Shown here: positions 16,433 through 24,968 of the stretch, piece after piece
Layout: every line of letters starts with the position of its first letter
Position numbering within the stretch: position 1 is the stretch's first letter
Source: a virus
Lineage: Duplodnaviria; Heunggongvirae; Uroviricota; Caudoviricetes
IMG/VR virus record: IMGVR_UViG_2802429240_000008
DNA length: 44,891 nucleotides
Reading direction: 5' to 3' (one strand)
Program-made: the position numbers and the translations under genes
Notes under the pieces: generated by a model
The model's database searches: none
What the model was told of the DNA's origin: nothing
Seen by the model: the letters and a program-made list of their open reading frames with translations, nothing else

Positions 16433-16633
16433 TCATGAAAGATAAACATTGGCAGCTGAAGGTCCACGTAGACCATTGATTCGGCAAAATTCCACGCGTA
16501 ATCCTGTGGTAATTTCTTCTGCATCGCGGAGATTGAGAGCAGAAACGTGCAGCTGGACATCGATACGGCCATCGGATGGTATGATAAGACCTTTGCCGCT
16601 TTTGTAGTCAAAGGTTTTGACAATTCCTGTCAT
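16433..16633 (-). CDS. cspF: Cold-shock protein, CspA family (CspF-like, 66 aa)
   Basis: [34 protein letters not shown]...[16 protein letters not shown]: cold-shock domain with RNP-like motifs; divergent from a second csp gene. Confidence 0.8.
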   Translation of the reverse strand: MTGIVKTFDYKSGKGLIIPSDGRIDVQLHVSALNLRDAEEITTGLRVEFCRINGLRGPSAANVYLS

Positions 16634-16946
16634 TTTACGGGACAAAAAAAATTCCTTAATACTGATAACTTGGCGCACTATACACACGTTCCTGAAGAAA
16701 GCTATAGTTTTTTGATGGGGTTGAAGATGGCTGGATGTCTAAAATAAACATTGCTTCATATGTTCAACTATGCGTTAATGATTGCGTCGGTTTGAAGAAC
16801 AGACGATATACGAAGTAGTTTACTAAAGCAGTTCTCATTTCAGGTGTTATTCACTTATTCCTTCTTTGAGTCTCTCCAATTAAGTACGAAGTCGTTTCTG
16901 TTATACAAACCATTTATGCCGAAAGGCTCAAGTTAAGGAATGTAGA

Positions 16947-17162
16947 ATGTCAAATAAAATGACTGGTTTAGTAAAATGGTTTAACGCTGATAAAGGTTTT
17001 GGCTTTATTTCTCCTGTTGATGGTAGTAAAGATGTGTTTGTGCATTTTTCTGTGATTCAGAATGATAATTATCGAACCTTATTTGAAGGTCAAAAGGTTA
17101 CCTTCTCTGTAGAGAGTGGTGCTAAAGGTCCTGCAGCAGCAAATGTCATCATTAATGATTAA
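16947..17162 (+). CDS. cspB: Cold-shock protein, CspA family (CspB-like, 71 aa)
   Basis: [53 protein letters not shown]...: canonical cold-shock domain; AAGGA RBS. Confidence 0.9.
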   Translation: MSNKMTGLVKWFNADKGFGFISPVDGSKDVFVHFSVIQNDNYRTLFEGQKVTFSVESGAKGPAAANVIIND

Positions 17163-17443
17163 AATTCATAGTTTGTCTGTATACGATAACGAAGAAGGCT
17201 GATGCCTGAGTGGAGATACAGACAGAGTGGTGAATATTGGATCTCTTTAATAAAGAGTAAGGAGGTCCAATACATGAAACAATGGCCAGCATATTTGGTA
17301 ATAACTTAATCAGGAAAAGTATGCTAACCATTGTGGTGAAGTGCAGGTTTGCTGCATGAATAGTTTTACAGCAGAAGCTAACTGCTGGCATAGCAAAACA
17401 AAGTGCGTAAGTGGATGACTCTCACAAAAAGCACCACAATATT

Positions 17444-17468
17444 AAACCCGCTCAGGCGGGTTTTTTAT
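17444..17468. terminator. Rho-independent terminator between convergent genes
   Basis: aaacccgc-tcag-gcgggttt followed by tttttatt. Confidence 0.7.
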
Positions 17469-17525
17469 TATCTGCTTTAAATATATTATTAAAATATAAA
17501 AAATACTTGTTGCGAATAAAATCAA

Positions 17526-17696
17526 TCAGGCTACAGCTTTAAGATTTGTCTGGAATACTTTGTTGCAATGAGGGCAGATCAAAAGGGCACCTTTTTGTAC
17601 TCTTGAAAAACTGTGTTCTGACTCTTGGGTGCAGTTTGGGCAGGAACATTTAACGAGATAATTACGGCGTGATTTTGAGTCTTTACGTTCTGACAT
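17526..17696 (-). CDS. Small zinc-ribbon protein (56 aa)
   Basis: Internal ATG with AGGAAAAG RBS; CSCPNC...CPHC cysteine pairs. Confidence 0.5.
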   Translation of the reverse strand: MSERKDSKSRRNYLVKCSCPNCTQESEHSFSRVQKGALLICPHCNKVFQTNLKAVA

Positions 17697-17914
17697 AGGC
17701 TTTTCCTGTATAAATGGCCGTATACAGTACACTAAATATGAAAACATTTCTCGTATTATTAATTAATATATGATTTTCTTTAAAATAATTAACCACATTT
17801 TTAATGTGTATGTTTTTTTAGCGCCGTTGAGAACAACGTGTGCTGTAAAAACTACCCCGTAGACTCCGATATTTTCAAACATATTGCACCATCCGTGTAC
17901 ATCGGGGTGAGGAT

Positions 17915-18130
17915 ATGAAATCAATGGATAAGTTAACAACAGGTGTTGCCTATGGCACATCGGCGGGTAATGCTGGTTTCTGGGCATTGCAGTTACTCGA
18001 TAAAGTAACTCCGTCACAGTGGGCTGCAATCGGTGTGCTGGGTAGCCTGGTTTTTGGCCTGCTGACGTATCTGACAAATCTTTATTTCAAGATTAAAGAA
18101 GACAGGCGTAAGGCTGCGAGAGGAGAGTAA
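17915..18130 (+). CDS. Holin (EssD/EssQ-like, 71 aa)
   Basis: [71 protein letters not shown]: two hydrophobic segments and charged C-tail; resembles DLP12/Qin holin as I recall it; possible dual start (M1/M4). Confidence 0.8.
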   Translation: MKSMDKLTTGVAYGTSAGNAGFWALQLLDKVTPSQWAAIGVLGSLVFGLLTYLTNLYFKIKEDRRKAARGE

Positions 18131-18134
18131 TCCA

Positions 18135-18686
18135 ATGACTCAAGACTATGAACTGGTTGTGAAAGGAGTCCGTAATTTTGAGCATAAAGTTACGGTAACT
18201 TTAGCCTTACAGGACAAAGAACGCTTTGACGGTGAGATTTTTGAGCTGGATATCACTATGGATCGTGTTGAAGGTGCTGCACTGGAGTTTTATGAGGCAG
18301 CAGCCAGAATGAGAATCAGACAGGTATTCCTGGATGTTGCTGCCGGGTTATGTGAAGGGGATGAGCAGTCGCCGGAAAAGCGCCCCATAATTTTAGAGGC
18401 GCAGAATGTGTGGATAACCTACAAAGGAAAGCTACCGGGAAGAATTACTGGTTCTCTGAAGACGCCACCGACGGCATTGCGGTCAGAAAAAGATGATATT
18501 GAATCGCTCATTGAAAAACTGGAGGGCAGCGTCGCTGATCTGAATAAAAAATTGTCGGTGCTTATTCCTTCTGAAGATGAAAAAAAACGCCGCGATGAGC
18601 AGTTTGCGGCGTTTTACGATTATTGCATTGAAGTTACTCGCAGGAATTTTGTGAAGATTTTTGAGGAGGGTAAATCTCTTCAGTAA
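18135..18686 (+). CDS. Hypothetical protein (183 aa) inserted between holin and endolysin
   Basis: ATG 4 nt after the holin stop with AGGAGAG RBS; hydrophilic, predicted helical C-terminal half; no recognisable domain. Confidence 0.6.
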   Translation: MTQDYELVVKGVRNFEHKVTVTLALQDKERFDGEIFELDITMDRVEGAALEFYEAAARMRIRQVFLDVAAGLCEGDEQSPEKRPIILEAQNVWITYKGKLPGRITGSLKTPPTALRSEKDDIESLIEKLEGSVADLNKKLSVLIPSEDEKKRRDEQFAAFYDYCIEVTRRNFVKIFEEGKSLQ

Positions 18687-18894
18687 GCTTAATGGCGGAC
18701 GCTGCAATTAATTCAGGAAGGTCCGCAAGGTCATCTGTCAGTGGATATGATGAAAAATCGGCGGCAGTTCTGTTAAGAAGCGCTTTAACTAATTCCTTTT
18801 CCTTCTCCGGCAACAAGTTGATTAGAGCTACGACTGCTTGCCTGAGTGCGATTAAATCAGCAAAAGTTTGTTTTGGTAGATTTGTGTAATCCAT
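18634..18894 (-). CDS. Hypothetical protein (86 aa), convergent with and overlapping the preceding gene
   Basis: ATG at 18892-18894 with GAGG RBS 7 nt upstream; 3' end overlaps 18135-18686 by about 52 nt. Confidence 0.45.
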   Translation of the reverse strand: MDYTNLPKQTFADLIALRQAVVALINLLPEKEKELVKALLNRTAADFSSYPLTDDLADLPELIAASAIKLTEEIYPPQKSSQNSCE

Positions 18895-19007
18895 AGTCAC
18901 CTCTGTGTTTATCAGATTGACATCCTCCTCCCGCCAGTGCCCATCACTGGCGAGGTAAGATTTAACATATCCGGGGATTTGAAGCCGATAAATCCTGATA
19001 AATATCC

Positions 19008-19541
19008 ATGAACGTAAAAATCAGATACAGCCTGTCGGCTGCTGTTCTGGCTCTGATTGCCGCCAGTGCTCCTGCCCCTGACATTCTCGATCAGTTTCTG
19101 GATGAAAAAGAGGGGAATCACACCACTGCATACCGCGATGGCTCCGGCATATGGACCATCTGTCGGGGAGCAACGATGGTGGACGGTAAACCTGTTATTC
19201 CGGGAATGAAACTGTCGAAGGAAAAATGCGCCCAGGTTAACGCCATTGAGCGGGATAAGGCGCTGGCATGGGTGGAGCGCAATATAAAAGTTCCACTGAC
19301 CGAGCCACAGAAAGCCGGTATCGCGTCATTCTGTCCCTATAACATTGGCCCCGGTAAGTGTTTTCCGTCGACGTTTTATAAGCGGCTGAATGCCGGTGAT
19401 CGTAAAGGCGCATGCGAGGCGATTCGCTGGTGGATAAAGGACGGTGGACGTGATTGCCGCATTCGTTCAAATAATTGTTACGGTCAGGTTATTCGTCGTG
19501 ACCAGGAAAGCGTATTAGCCTGTTGGGGGATAGAGCAGTGA
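19008..19541 (+). CDS. SAR-endolysin (T4 lysozyme-like muramidase with N-terminal signal-anchor-release domain)
   Basis: N-terminal [14 protein letters not shown] hydrophobic segment; catalytic motif [20 protein letters not shown] (E..D..T spacing); stop overlaps the Rz start. Confidence 0.85.
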   Translation: MNVKIRYSLSAAVLALIAASAPAPDILDQFLDEKEGNHTTAYRDGSGIWTICRGATMVDGKPVIPGMKLSKEKCAQVNAIERDKALAWVERNIKVPLTEPQKAGIASFCPYNIGPGKCFPSTFYKRLNAGDRKGACEAIRWWIKDGGRDCRIRSNNCYGQVIRRDQESVLACWGIEQ

Positions 19542-20002
19542 GCAGAGTTGCCGCGATTATTTATGCTCTGGCTATCTGCATCATCGTCTGCCTGTCATGG
19601 GCTGTTAATCATTACCGTGATAACGCCATCGCCTACAAAGAACAGCGTGATAAAAAAGTCAGTGAGCTGAAGCAGGTGACCGCCACCATTACTGACATGC
19701 AGCAGCGCCAGCGTGCTGCTGATGCACTCGATGCTAAATACACGAAGGAGTTAGCTGATGCGAAAGCTGAAAATGATACTCTGCGTGATGATGTTGCCGC
19801 TGGTCGTCGTCGGTTGCACATCAAAGCAGTCTGTCAGTCAGTGCGTGAAGCCACCACCGCCTCCGGCGTGGATAATGCAGCCTCCCCCCGACTGGCAGAC
19901 ACCGCTGAACGGGATTATTTCACCCTCAGAGAGCGGCTGATATTGATGCAAAAACAACTGGAGGGGGCACAGCTATATATTAGCGAGCAATGCCTCAGAT
20001 AA
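19538..20002 (+). CDS. Rz (i-spanin)
   Basis: GTG start overlapping the endolysin stop (GTGA); N-terminal TM segment [17 protein letters not shown] followed by a predicted coiled-coil periplasmic domain. Confidence 0.8.
   Translation: MSRVAAIIYALAICIIVCLSWAVNHYRDNAIAYKEQRDKKVSELKQVTATITDMQQRQRAADALDAKYTKELADAKAENDTLRDDVAAGRRRLHIKAVCQSVREATTASGVDNAASPRLADTAERDYFTLRERLILMQKQLEGAQLYISEQCLR
19758..19940 (+). CDS. Rz1 (o-spanin lipoprotein) embedded in Rz in the +1 frame
   Basis: AAGGAG RBS; signal peptide with lipobox LVVVGC; proline-rich mature region ([15 protein letters not shown]). Confidence 0.8.
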   Translation: MRKLKMILCVMMLPLVVVGCTSKQSVSQCVKPPPPPAWIMQPPPDWQTPLNGIISPSESG

Positions 20003-20419
20003 AAAACCGGCCAAGGATAATCCGCTGAAGATTCGCCGGCGGCAAAAGAATGCCAATACATGAGCATAGGCGATTACCTGTGCTCATGCAATGTATTGCC
20101 TTTATGTGGATTGTGGGCAATAGATTTCTGATCTATTTCTGTGCGCCGTATCGTCGCCGTATTCCCCCATTAACAGAGACCGTAGCCCGACGGGGAACTC
20201 CTTCTGCGCGAGTGTGCGGGAATAATCAAAAACGATGCACACAGGGTTTTTAGCGCGTTTATGGTTCGCGGGTTTGCCCCTCATGCTCGCCAGTCCTGTG
20301 CGGGGATGGAAGAAACAGGACACTTACACAGATTCTTGTGGGCACGATGCTATGCCTTTCTGGATTATTCCGATGCCATTCATGCAGGGCGTTGTATCAG
20401 ACGTTCGTCAGAGCTGTCA

Positions 20420-20475
20420 GGCTGACGGGTCCTCCCGGAGGGGTGGCCTGCCACGGGGCGGGAGCGGCGCGGAAA
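20420..20475 (+). other. Candidate cos site (cosQ/cosN-like) about 185 bp upstream of the small terminase gene
   Basis: GACGGGTCCT and ACGGGGCGGGAGCGGCGCGG resemble the lambda cosQ/cosN region (ACGGGTCCT...GGGCGGCGACCT) as I recall it; lambda-like spacing to the Nu1-like start. Confidence 0.45.
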
Positions 20476-20641
20476 AAGGCTAGTTTTTGAAATTTCATTC
20501 GTCATCACCACAACTGTAATGAATTGATATTCAAGAAATTTTATTTTTCCGGTGTCGATTTTGATTGTTTTTTGTTCATCACTAACACCATTTATCTAAA
20601 GTTGTTCGCAAGATGCATGTTTAAAACATTCCGGAGCGGGT

Positions 20642-21136
20642 ATGGATCGAGAGTTAAAAAATCTGACGCTGAATATCAGTCAACTGGCAGCACTGTCAGG
20701 TGTACATCGCCAGACTGCTGCGGCAAGGCTGCAAAATCTACCCGTTGCAGGGGGGCATGAAAGCAACCTCAAGCTTTATCGGGTGGTTGATATTGTGTCG
20801 GCATTTCTGGCATTACCACCGCCGGTTGCAGAAGGCGAAATGGACGCGCATGAGCGCAAAGCCTGGTATCAGTCTGAACGTGAGCGTCTTAAGTTCGAAC
20901 AGGAAACGGCGCAACTCATTCCGGCCAGTGATGTCAGACGGGAGTTTGCCATCTGGGCAAAAGCGGTCGTGCAGGTGCTGGAGACATTACCGGATATTCT
21001 GGAACGTGACTGCGGTCTGCAGCCTGCCGCTGTGAGCCGTGTTCAGTCCATTATTGATGATCTGCGCGATCAGATAGCCCTGCGGGTGACCGAAGCAGGT
21101 GCGGATGATGAGGAGGAATTACAGCAGGAGGAGTAA
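20642..21136 (+). CDS. Terminase small subunit (Nu1-like, 164 aa)
   Basis: N-terminal HTH-like segment (LNISQLAALSGVHRQTAAARL), acidic C-terminus; stop overlaps the large terminase start (TAATG). Confidence 0.7.
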   Translation: MDRELKNLTLNISQLAALSGVHRQTAAARLQNLPVAGGHESNLKLYRVVDIVSAFLALPPPVAEGEMDAHERKAWYQSERERLKFEQETAQLIPASDVRREFAIWAKAVVQVLETLPDILERDCGLQPAAVSRVQSIIDDLRDQIALRVTEAGADDEEELQQEE

Positions 21137-23238
21137 TGCTGAATCAGGAAACCGCAAAGGCAGCACGAACCGATTCAGGTTATATCCTTCGCGCACCGAG
21201 ACGAATGCGGGTTGCTGATGCCGTTGCTCAATATATGCGGGTGCCCATGGGGGCCGGGAACTCAGTCCCGTGGGATCCGCTGGTGGCACCGTATGTTATT
21301 GAGCCGATGAACTGCCTGGCCTCGCGTGAATACGACGCAGTGATATTTGTTGGCCCGGCACGAACCGGCAAGACTATCGGCCTGATTGACGGCTGGGTGA
21401 TTTACAACGTGATTTGCGATCCTGCGGATATGCTGATCATTCAGATGACGGAGGAAAAAGCCCGCGAACACTCCAAAAAACGACTTGCCAGAACGTTTCG
21501 CGTCATCCCGGAAGTGGTCAGTCGCCTGAGTCCGAACAAAAATGACAACAACGTTTATGACAGAACATTCCTTGCTGGCAACTACCTGAAAATCGGCTGG
21601 CCGTCAGTCAATATCATGTCCTCATCAGATTATAAATGCGTGGCGCTGACGGATTATGACCGTTTTCCGGAAGATATTGATGGCGAGGGGGATGCCTTCT
21701 CTCTTGCCTCAAAACGTACCACCACATTTATGTCCAGTGGTATGACGCTGGTGGAGAGTTCCCCCGGCAGGGATGTGAAGGATGTGAAATGGCGACGGAC
21801 TTCACCGCATGAGGCTCCACCAACCACGGGGATACTGTCGCTCTATAACCGTGGCGATCGCCGTCGCTGGTACTGGCCCTGTCCACACTGTGGTGAGTAT
21901 TTTCAGCCCTGCGGCGATGTGGTTGCTGGTTTCCGTGATATTGCCGATCCCGTGCTGGCAAGTGAGGCGGCTTATATTCAGTGTCCTTCCTGTTCAGGAC
22001 GGATTATGCCTGAACAAAAACGTGAGCTGAACGGACGTGGGGTCTGGTTGCGGGATGGTGAATCCATCAATGCGGATGGCAGTCGTTATGGTGATCCCCG
22101 ACGCTCACGTATTGCGTCATTCTGGATGGAGGGTCCGGCAGCTGCTTACCAGACACTCTCGCAACTCGTTTACAAACTGCTTACTGCAGAACAGGAATAC
22201 GAGACAACCGGAAGTGAAGAAACACTCAAGACGGTTATCAATACCGACTGGGGATTACCTTATCTTCCCCGTGCCAGCATGGAGCAACGAAAAAGTGAAC
22301 TGCTTGAGCAGCGGGCAGAGCCAGTTCCTTCCCGCAGTGTGCCGGATGGCGTTAATTTCCTGGTGGCGACAGTGGATGTGCAGGCGGGACGTCATCGCCG
22401 TTTTGTGGTTCAGGTAACGGGCTATGGCAGCCGTGGCGAACGCTGGATTATTGATCGTTACAACATCACGCAGTCATTGCGCGGTGACAGCGACGGGGAG
22501 AGCCAGCGAATTGATCCGGCCAGCTATCCGGAAGACTGGGATGTCCTGCTGACGGATGTTTTTCATAAAAGCTGGCCGCTGGCCTCCGATCCTTCTCAAC
22601 AAATGCGACTGATGGCAATGGCGGTGGACTCCGGCGGTGAAGACGGGGTCACTGATAATGCCTATAAATTCTGGCGTCGTTGCCGTCGTGATGGCCTTGG
22701 TAAACGTATTTACCTGTTTAAGGGCGACAGCATCCGGCGCGCAAAACTGATCACCCGTACATTCCCTGATAACACCGGACGAACAGGCCGACGGGCGCAG
22801 GCCGCAGGTGATGTGCCGCTCTGGCTTCTTCAGACGGATGCCCTGAAAGACCGGGTGAATAACGCGTTATGGCGTGACTCTCCAGGTCCCGGCTATGTGC
22901 ATTTCCCTGACTGGCTGGGGAGCTGGTTTTACGACGAACTGACGTATGAAGAGCGGAGTAGTGACGGGAAATGGAGTAAGCCGGGTCGCGGTGCCAACGA
23001 AGCTTTTGACCTGATGGTGTATGCCGAGGCTCTGGTCATTCTGCATGGATACGAAAAGATCCGCTGGCCGGATGCACCGGGGTGGGCGAGCCGGGAAACC
23101 TGGCTGGAGTGTGTCCCGGACAGTACCGAACCGTCACCCTCACCGGAACCGGTATCCACGCCTGTTAAAAAACAAAAACGGAAGAAAACAGTAACTGACG
23201 ATGTTAACCCCTGGCTGACTTCCGGAGGATGGTTATGA
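21136..23238 (+). CDS. A: Terminase large subunit (lambda gpA family, 700 aa)
   Basis: Walker A (GPARTGKT), zinc-binding WPCPHCGEYF segment, large ATPase/nuclease ORF coupled to the small subunit. Confidence 0.9.
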   Translation: MLNQETAKAARTDSGYILRAPRRMRVADAVAQYMRVPMGAGNSVPWDPLVAPYVIEPMNCLASREYDAVIFVGPARTGKTIGLIDGWVIYNVICDPADMLIIQMTEEKAREHSKKRLARTFRVIPEVVSRLSPNKNDNNVYDRTFLAGNYLKIGWPSVNIMSSSDYKCVALTDYDRFPEDIDGEGDAFSLASKRTTTFMSSGMTLVESSPGRDVKDVKWRRTSPHEAPPTTGILSLYNRGDRRRWYWPCPHCGEYFQPCGDVVAGFRDIADPVLASEAAYIQCPSCSGRIMPEQKRELNGRGVWLRDGESINADGSRYGDPRRSRIASFWMEGPAAAYQTLSQLVYKLLTAEQEYETTGSEETLKTVINTDWGLPYLPRASMEQRKSELLEQRAEPVPSRSVPDGVNFLVATVDVQAGRHRRFVVQVTGYGSRGERWIIDRYNITQSLRGDSDGESQRIDPASYPEDWDVLLTDVFHKSWPLASDPSQQMRLMAMAVDSGGEDGVTDNAYKFWRRCRRDGLGKRIYLFKGDSIRRAKLITRTFPDNTGRTGRRAQAAGDVPLWLLQTDALKDRVNNALWRDSPGPGYVHFPDWLGSWFYDELTYEERSSDGKWSKPGRGANEAFDLMVYAEALVILHGYEKIRWPDAPGWASRETWLECVPDSTEPSPSPEPVSTPVKKQKRKKTVTDDVNPWLTSGGWL

Positions 23239-23447
23239 ACCAGAATGATATCGAAGCCATGATTCAGCGTTATACGGAAGCTGAAATGGCGGTGCTGGAC
23301 GGAAAATCCGTCACCTTTAATGGTCAGCAGATGACCATGGAAAACTTATCTGAGATCCGGCAGGGACGGCAGGAGTGGGAGCGCCGCCTTGCGGCTCTGA
23401 TTACACGACGACGGGGGCATCCCGGGTACCGGCTGGCGAGGTTCTGA
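23235..23447 (+). CDS. W: Head-tail joining protein gpW-like (70 aa)
   Basis: ATG at 23235 with GGAGG 6 nt upstream; C-terminal ...RRRGHPGY... resembles lambda W; stop overlaps the portal start. Confidence 0.7.
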   Translation: MNQNDIEAMIQRYTEAEMAVLDGKSVTFNGQQMTMENLSEIRQGRQEWERRLAALITRRRGHPGYRLARF

Positions 23448-24955
23448 TGGCAATTCTTGATGATGTGATTGGCGTTTTTTCACCAGGATGGAAAGCGGCA
23501 AGGCTGCGTTCCCGTGCGGTGATCCAGGCTTATGAGGCCGTAAAAACGACGCGGACACACAAAGCCCGGCGGGAAAACCGAACTGCCGACCAGTTAAGCC
23601 AGTACGGGGCCGTGTCGTTACGTGAGCAGGCCCGTTACCTTGATAACAACCACGATCTGGTTATTGGTGTATTTGACAAGCTGGAAGAACGGGTGGTGGG
23701 GAAAAACGGGATTATTGTCGAGCCACATCCGGTATTACGCAATGGGGCCATTGCCCGTGATCTGGCAGCAGAGATACGCACCCGATGGAGTGAATGGTCT
23801 GTCAGTCCGGAAGTCACCGGGCAGTTTACCCGTCCGATGCTGGAACGTCTGATGCTGCGTACCTGGCTGCGCGATGGTGAGGTGTTTGCCCAGATGGTTT
23901 CCGGGCGCATAAACAGCCTGACGCCTTCTGCCGGTGTTCATTTCTGGCTGGAGGCGCTCGAGCCGGACTTTATTCCCATGACCAGTGATGAGAGCAACAG
24001 GCTGAATCAGGGCGTGTTTGTTGATGACTGGGGGCGTCCCGAAAAATATCTGGTGTATAAAAGCCGTCCCGTATCCTGGCGGCAGATGGAAACCAAAGAA
24101 GTGGATGCAGAGCGAATGCTGCATCTTAAATTTGTTCGCCGTCTGCACCAGATGCGCGGGACGTCTTTGTTGTCCGGTGTGCTGATCCGCCTCAGTGCCC
24201 TGAAAGAGTATGAAGATTCTGAGCTGACTGCAGCAAGGGTCGCCGCTGCTCTGGGGATGTACATCCGGAAAGGCGACGGGCAGAGCTATGAACCGGATGG
24301 TAATGGCAGCAAGGAGAATGAACGCGAGCTTACCATTCAGCCAGGCATTATTTACGACGATCTGAAACCCGGCGAAGAAATCGGAATGGTGAAGTCGGAT
24401 CGTCCCAATCCTAACCTTGAAACTTTTCGTAATGGTCAGTTGCGTGCCGTGGCGGCGGGCAGTCGTCTGAGTTTTTCCAGTACGGCACGCAACTATAACG
24501 GCACTTACAGCGCCCAGCGTCAGGAACTGGTTGAGTCTACTGATGGCTACCTGATCCTGCAGGACTGGTTTATTGGTGCCGTCACCCGCCCGATGTATCG
24601 TGCCTGGCTGAAACAGGCTGTGGCATCCGGTGTTATCAGGCTACCCCGCGATCTTGACCGTTCTTCACTGTATACCGCGGTGTATTCCGGACCGGTGATG
24701 CCGTGGATTGACCCTGTTAAGGAGGCTGAGGCCTGGAAAATCCAGATTCGTGGTGGAGCGGCGACAGAATCAGACTGGGTACGTGCAGGTGGTCGTAATC
24801 CGGATGATGTCAAACGTCGGCGCAAGGCCGAAATTGATGAAAACCGCAAGCTGGATCTGGTATTTGATACCGATCCAGCCAGTGATAAAGGAGGCAGCAG
24901 TGCCGCAACGAAACGACAGGAGCCGCAGCATACCGACGACCAGTCCGAAGAATAA
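23447..24955 (+). CDS. B: Portal protein (lambda gpB family)
   Basis: ATG at 23447 overlapping the W stop; about 500 aa; position between W and the head protease. Confidence 0.85.
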   Translation: MAILDDVIGVFSPGWKAARLRSRAVIQAYEAVKTTRTHKARRENRTADQLSQYGAVSLREQARYLDNNHDLVIGVFDKLEERVVGKNGIIVEPHPVLRNGAIARDLAAEIRTRWSEWSVSPEVTGQFTRPMLERLMLRTWLRDGEVFAQMVSGRINSLTPSAGVHFWLEALEPDFIPMTSDESNRLNQGVFVDDWGRPEKYLVYKSRPVSWRQMETKEVDAERMLHLKFVRRLHQMRGTSLLSGVLIRLSALKEYEDSELTAARVAAALGMYIRKGDGQSYEPDGNGSKENERELTIQPGIIYDDLKPGEEIGMVKSDRPNPNLETFRNGQLRAVAAGSRLSFSSTARNYNGTYSAQRQELVESTDGYLILQDWFIGAVTRPMYRAWLKQAVASGVIRLPRDLDRSSLYTAVYSGPVMPWIDPVKEAEAWKIQIRGGAATESDWVRAGGRNPDDVKRRRKAEIDENRKLDLVFDTDPASDKGGSSAATKRQEPQHTDDQSEE

Positions 24956-24968
24956 TTCCTGGTTCAGG

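Noticed and set aside
20003-20420. Small ORFs of 67-82 aa between Rz and cos, checked as a possible bor-like lipoprotein gene
   Set aside because: No signal peptide or lipobox and no RBS; the region is better explained as non-coding DNA flanking cos
24708-24968. N-terminal 87 codons of the track ORF preceding the protease-capsid gene
   Set aside because: This extension overlaps the portal gene 3' end in another frame; the conserved ClpP-like sequence begins just after the ATG at 24969
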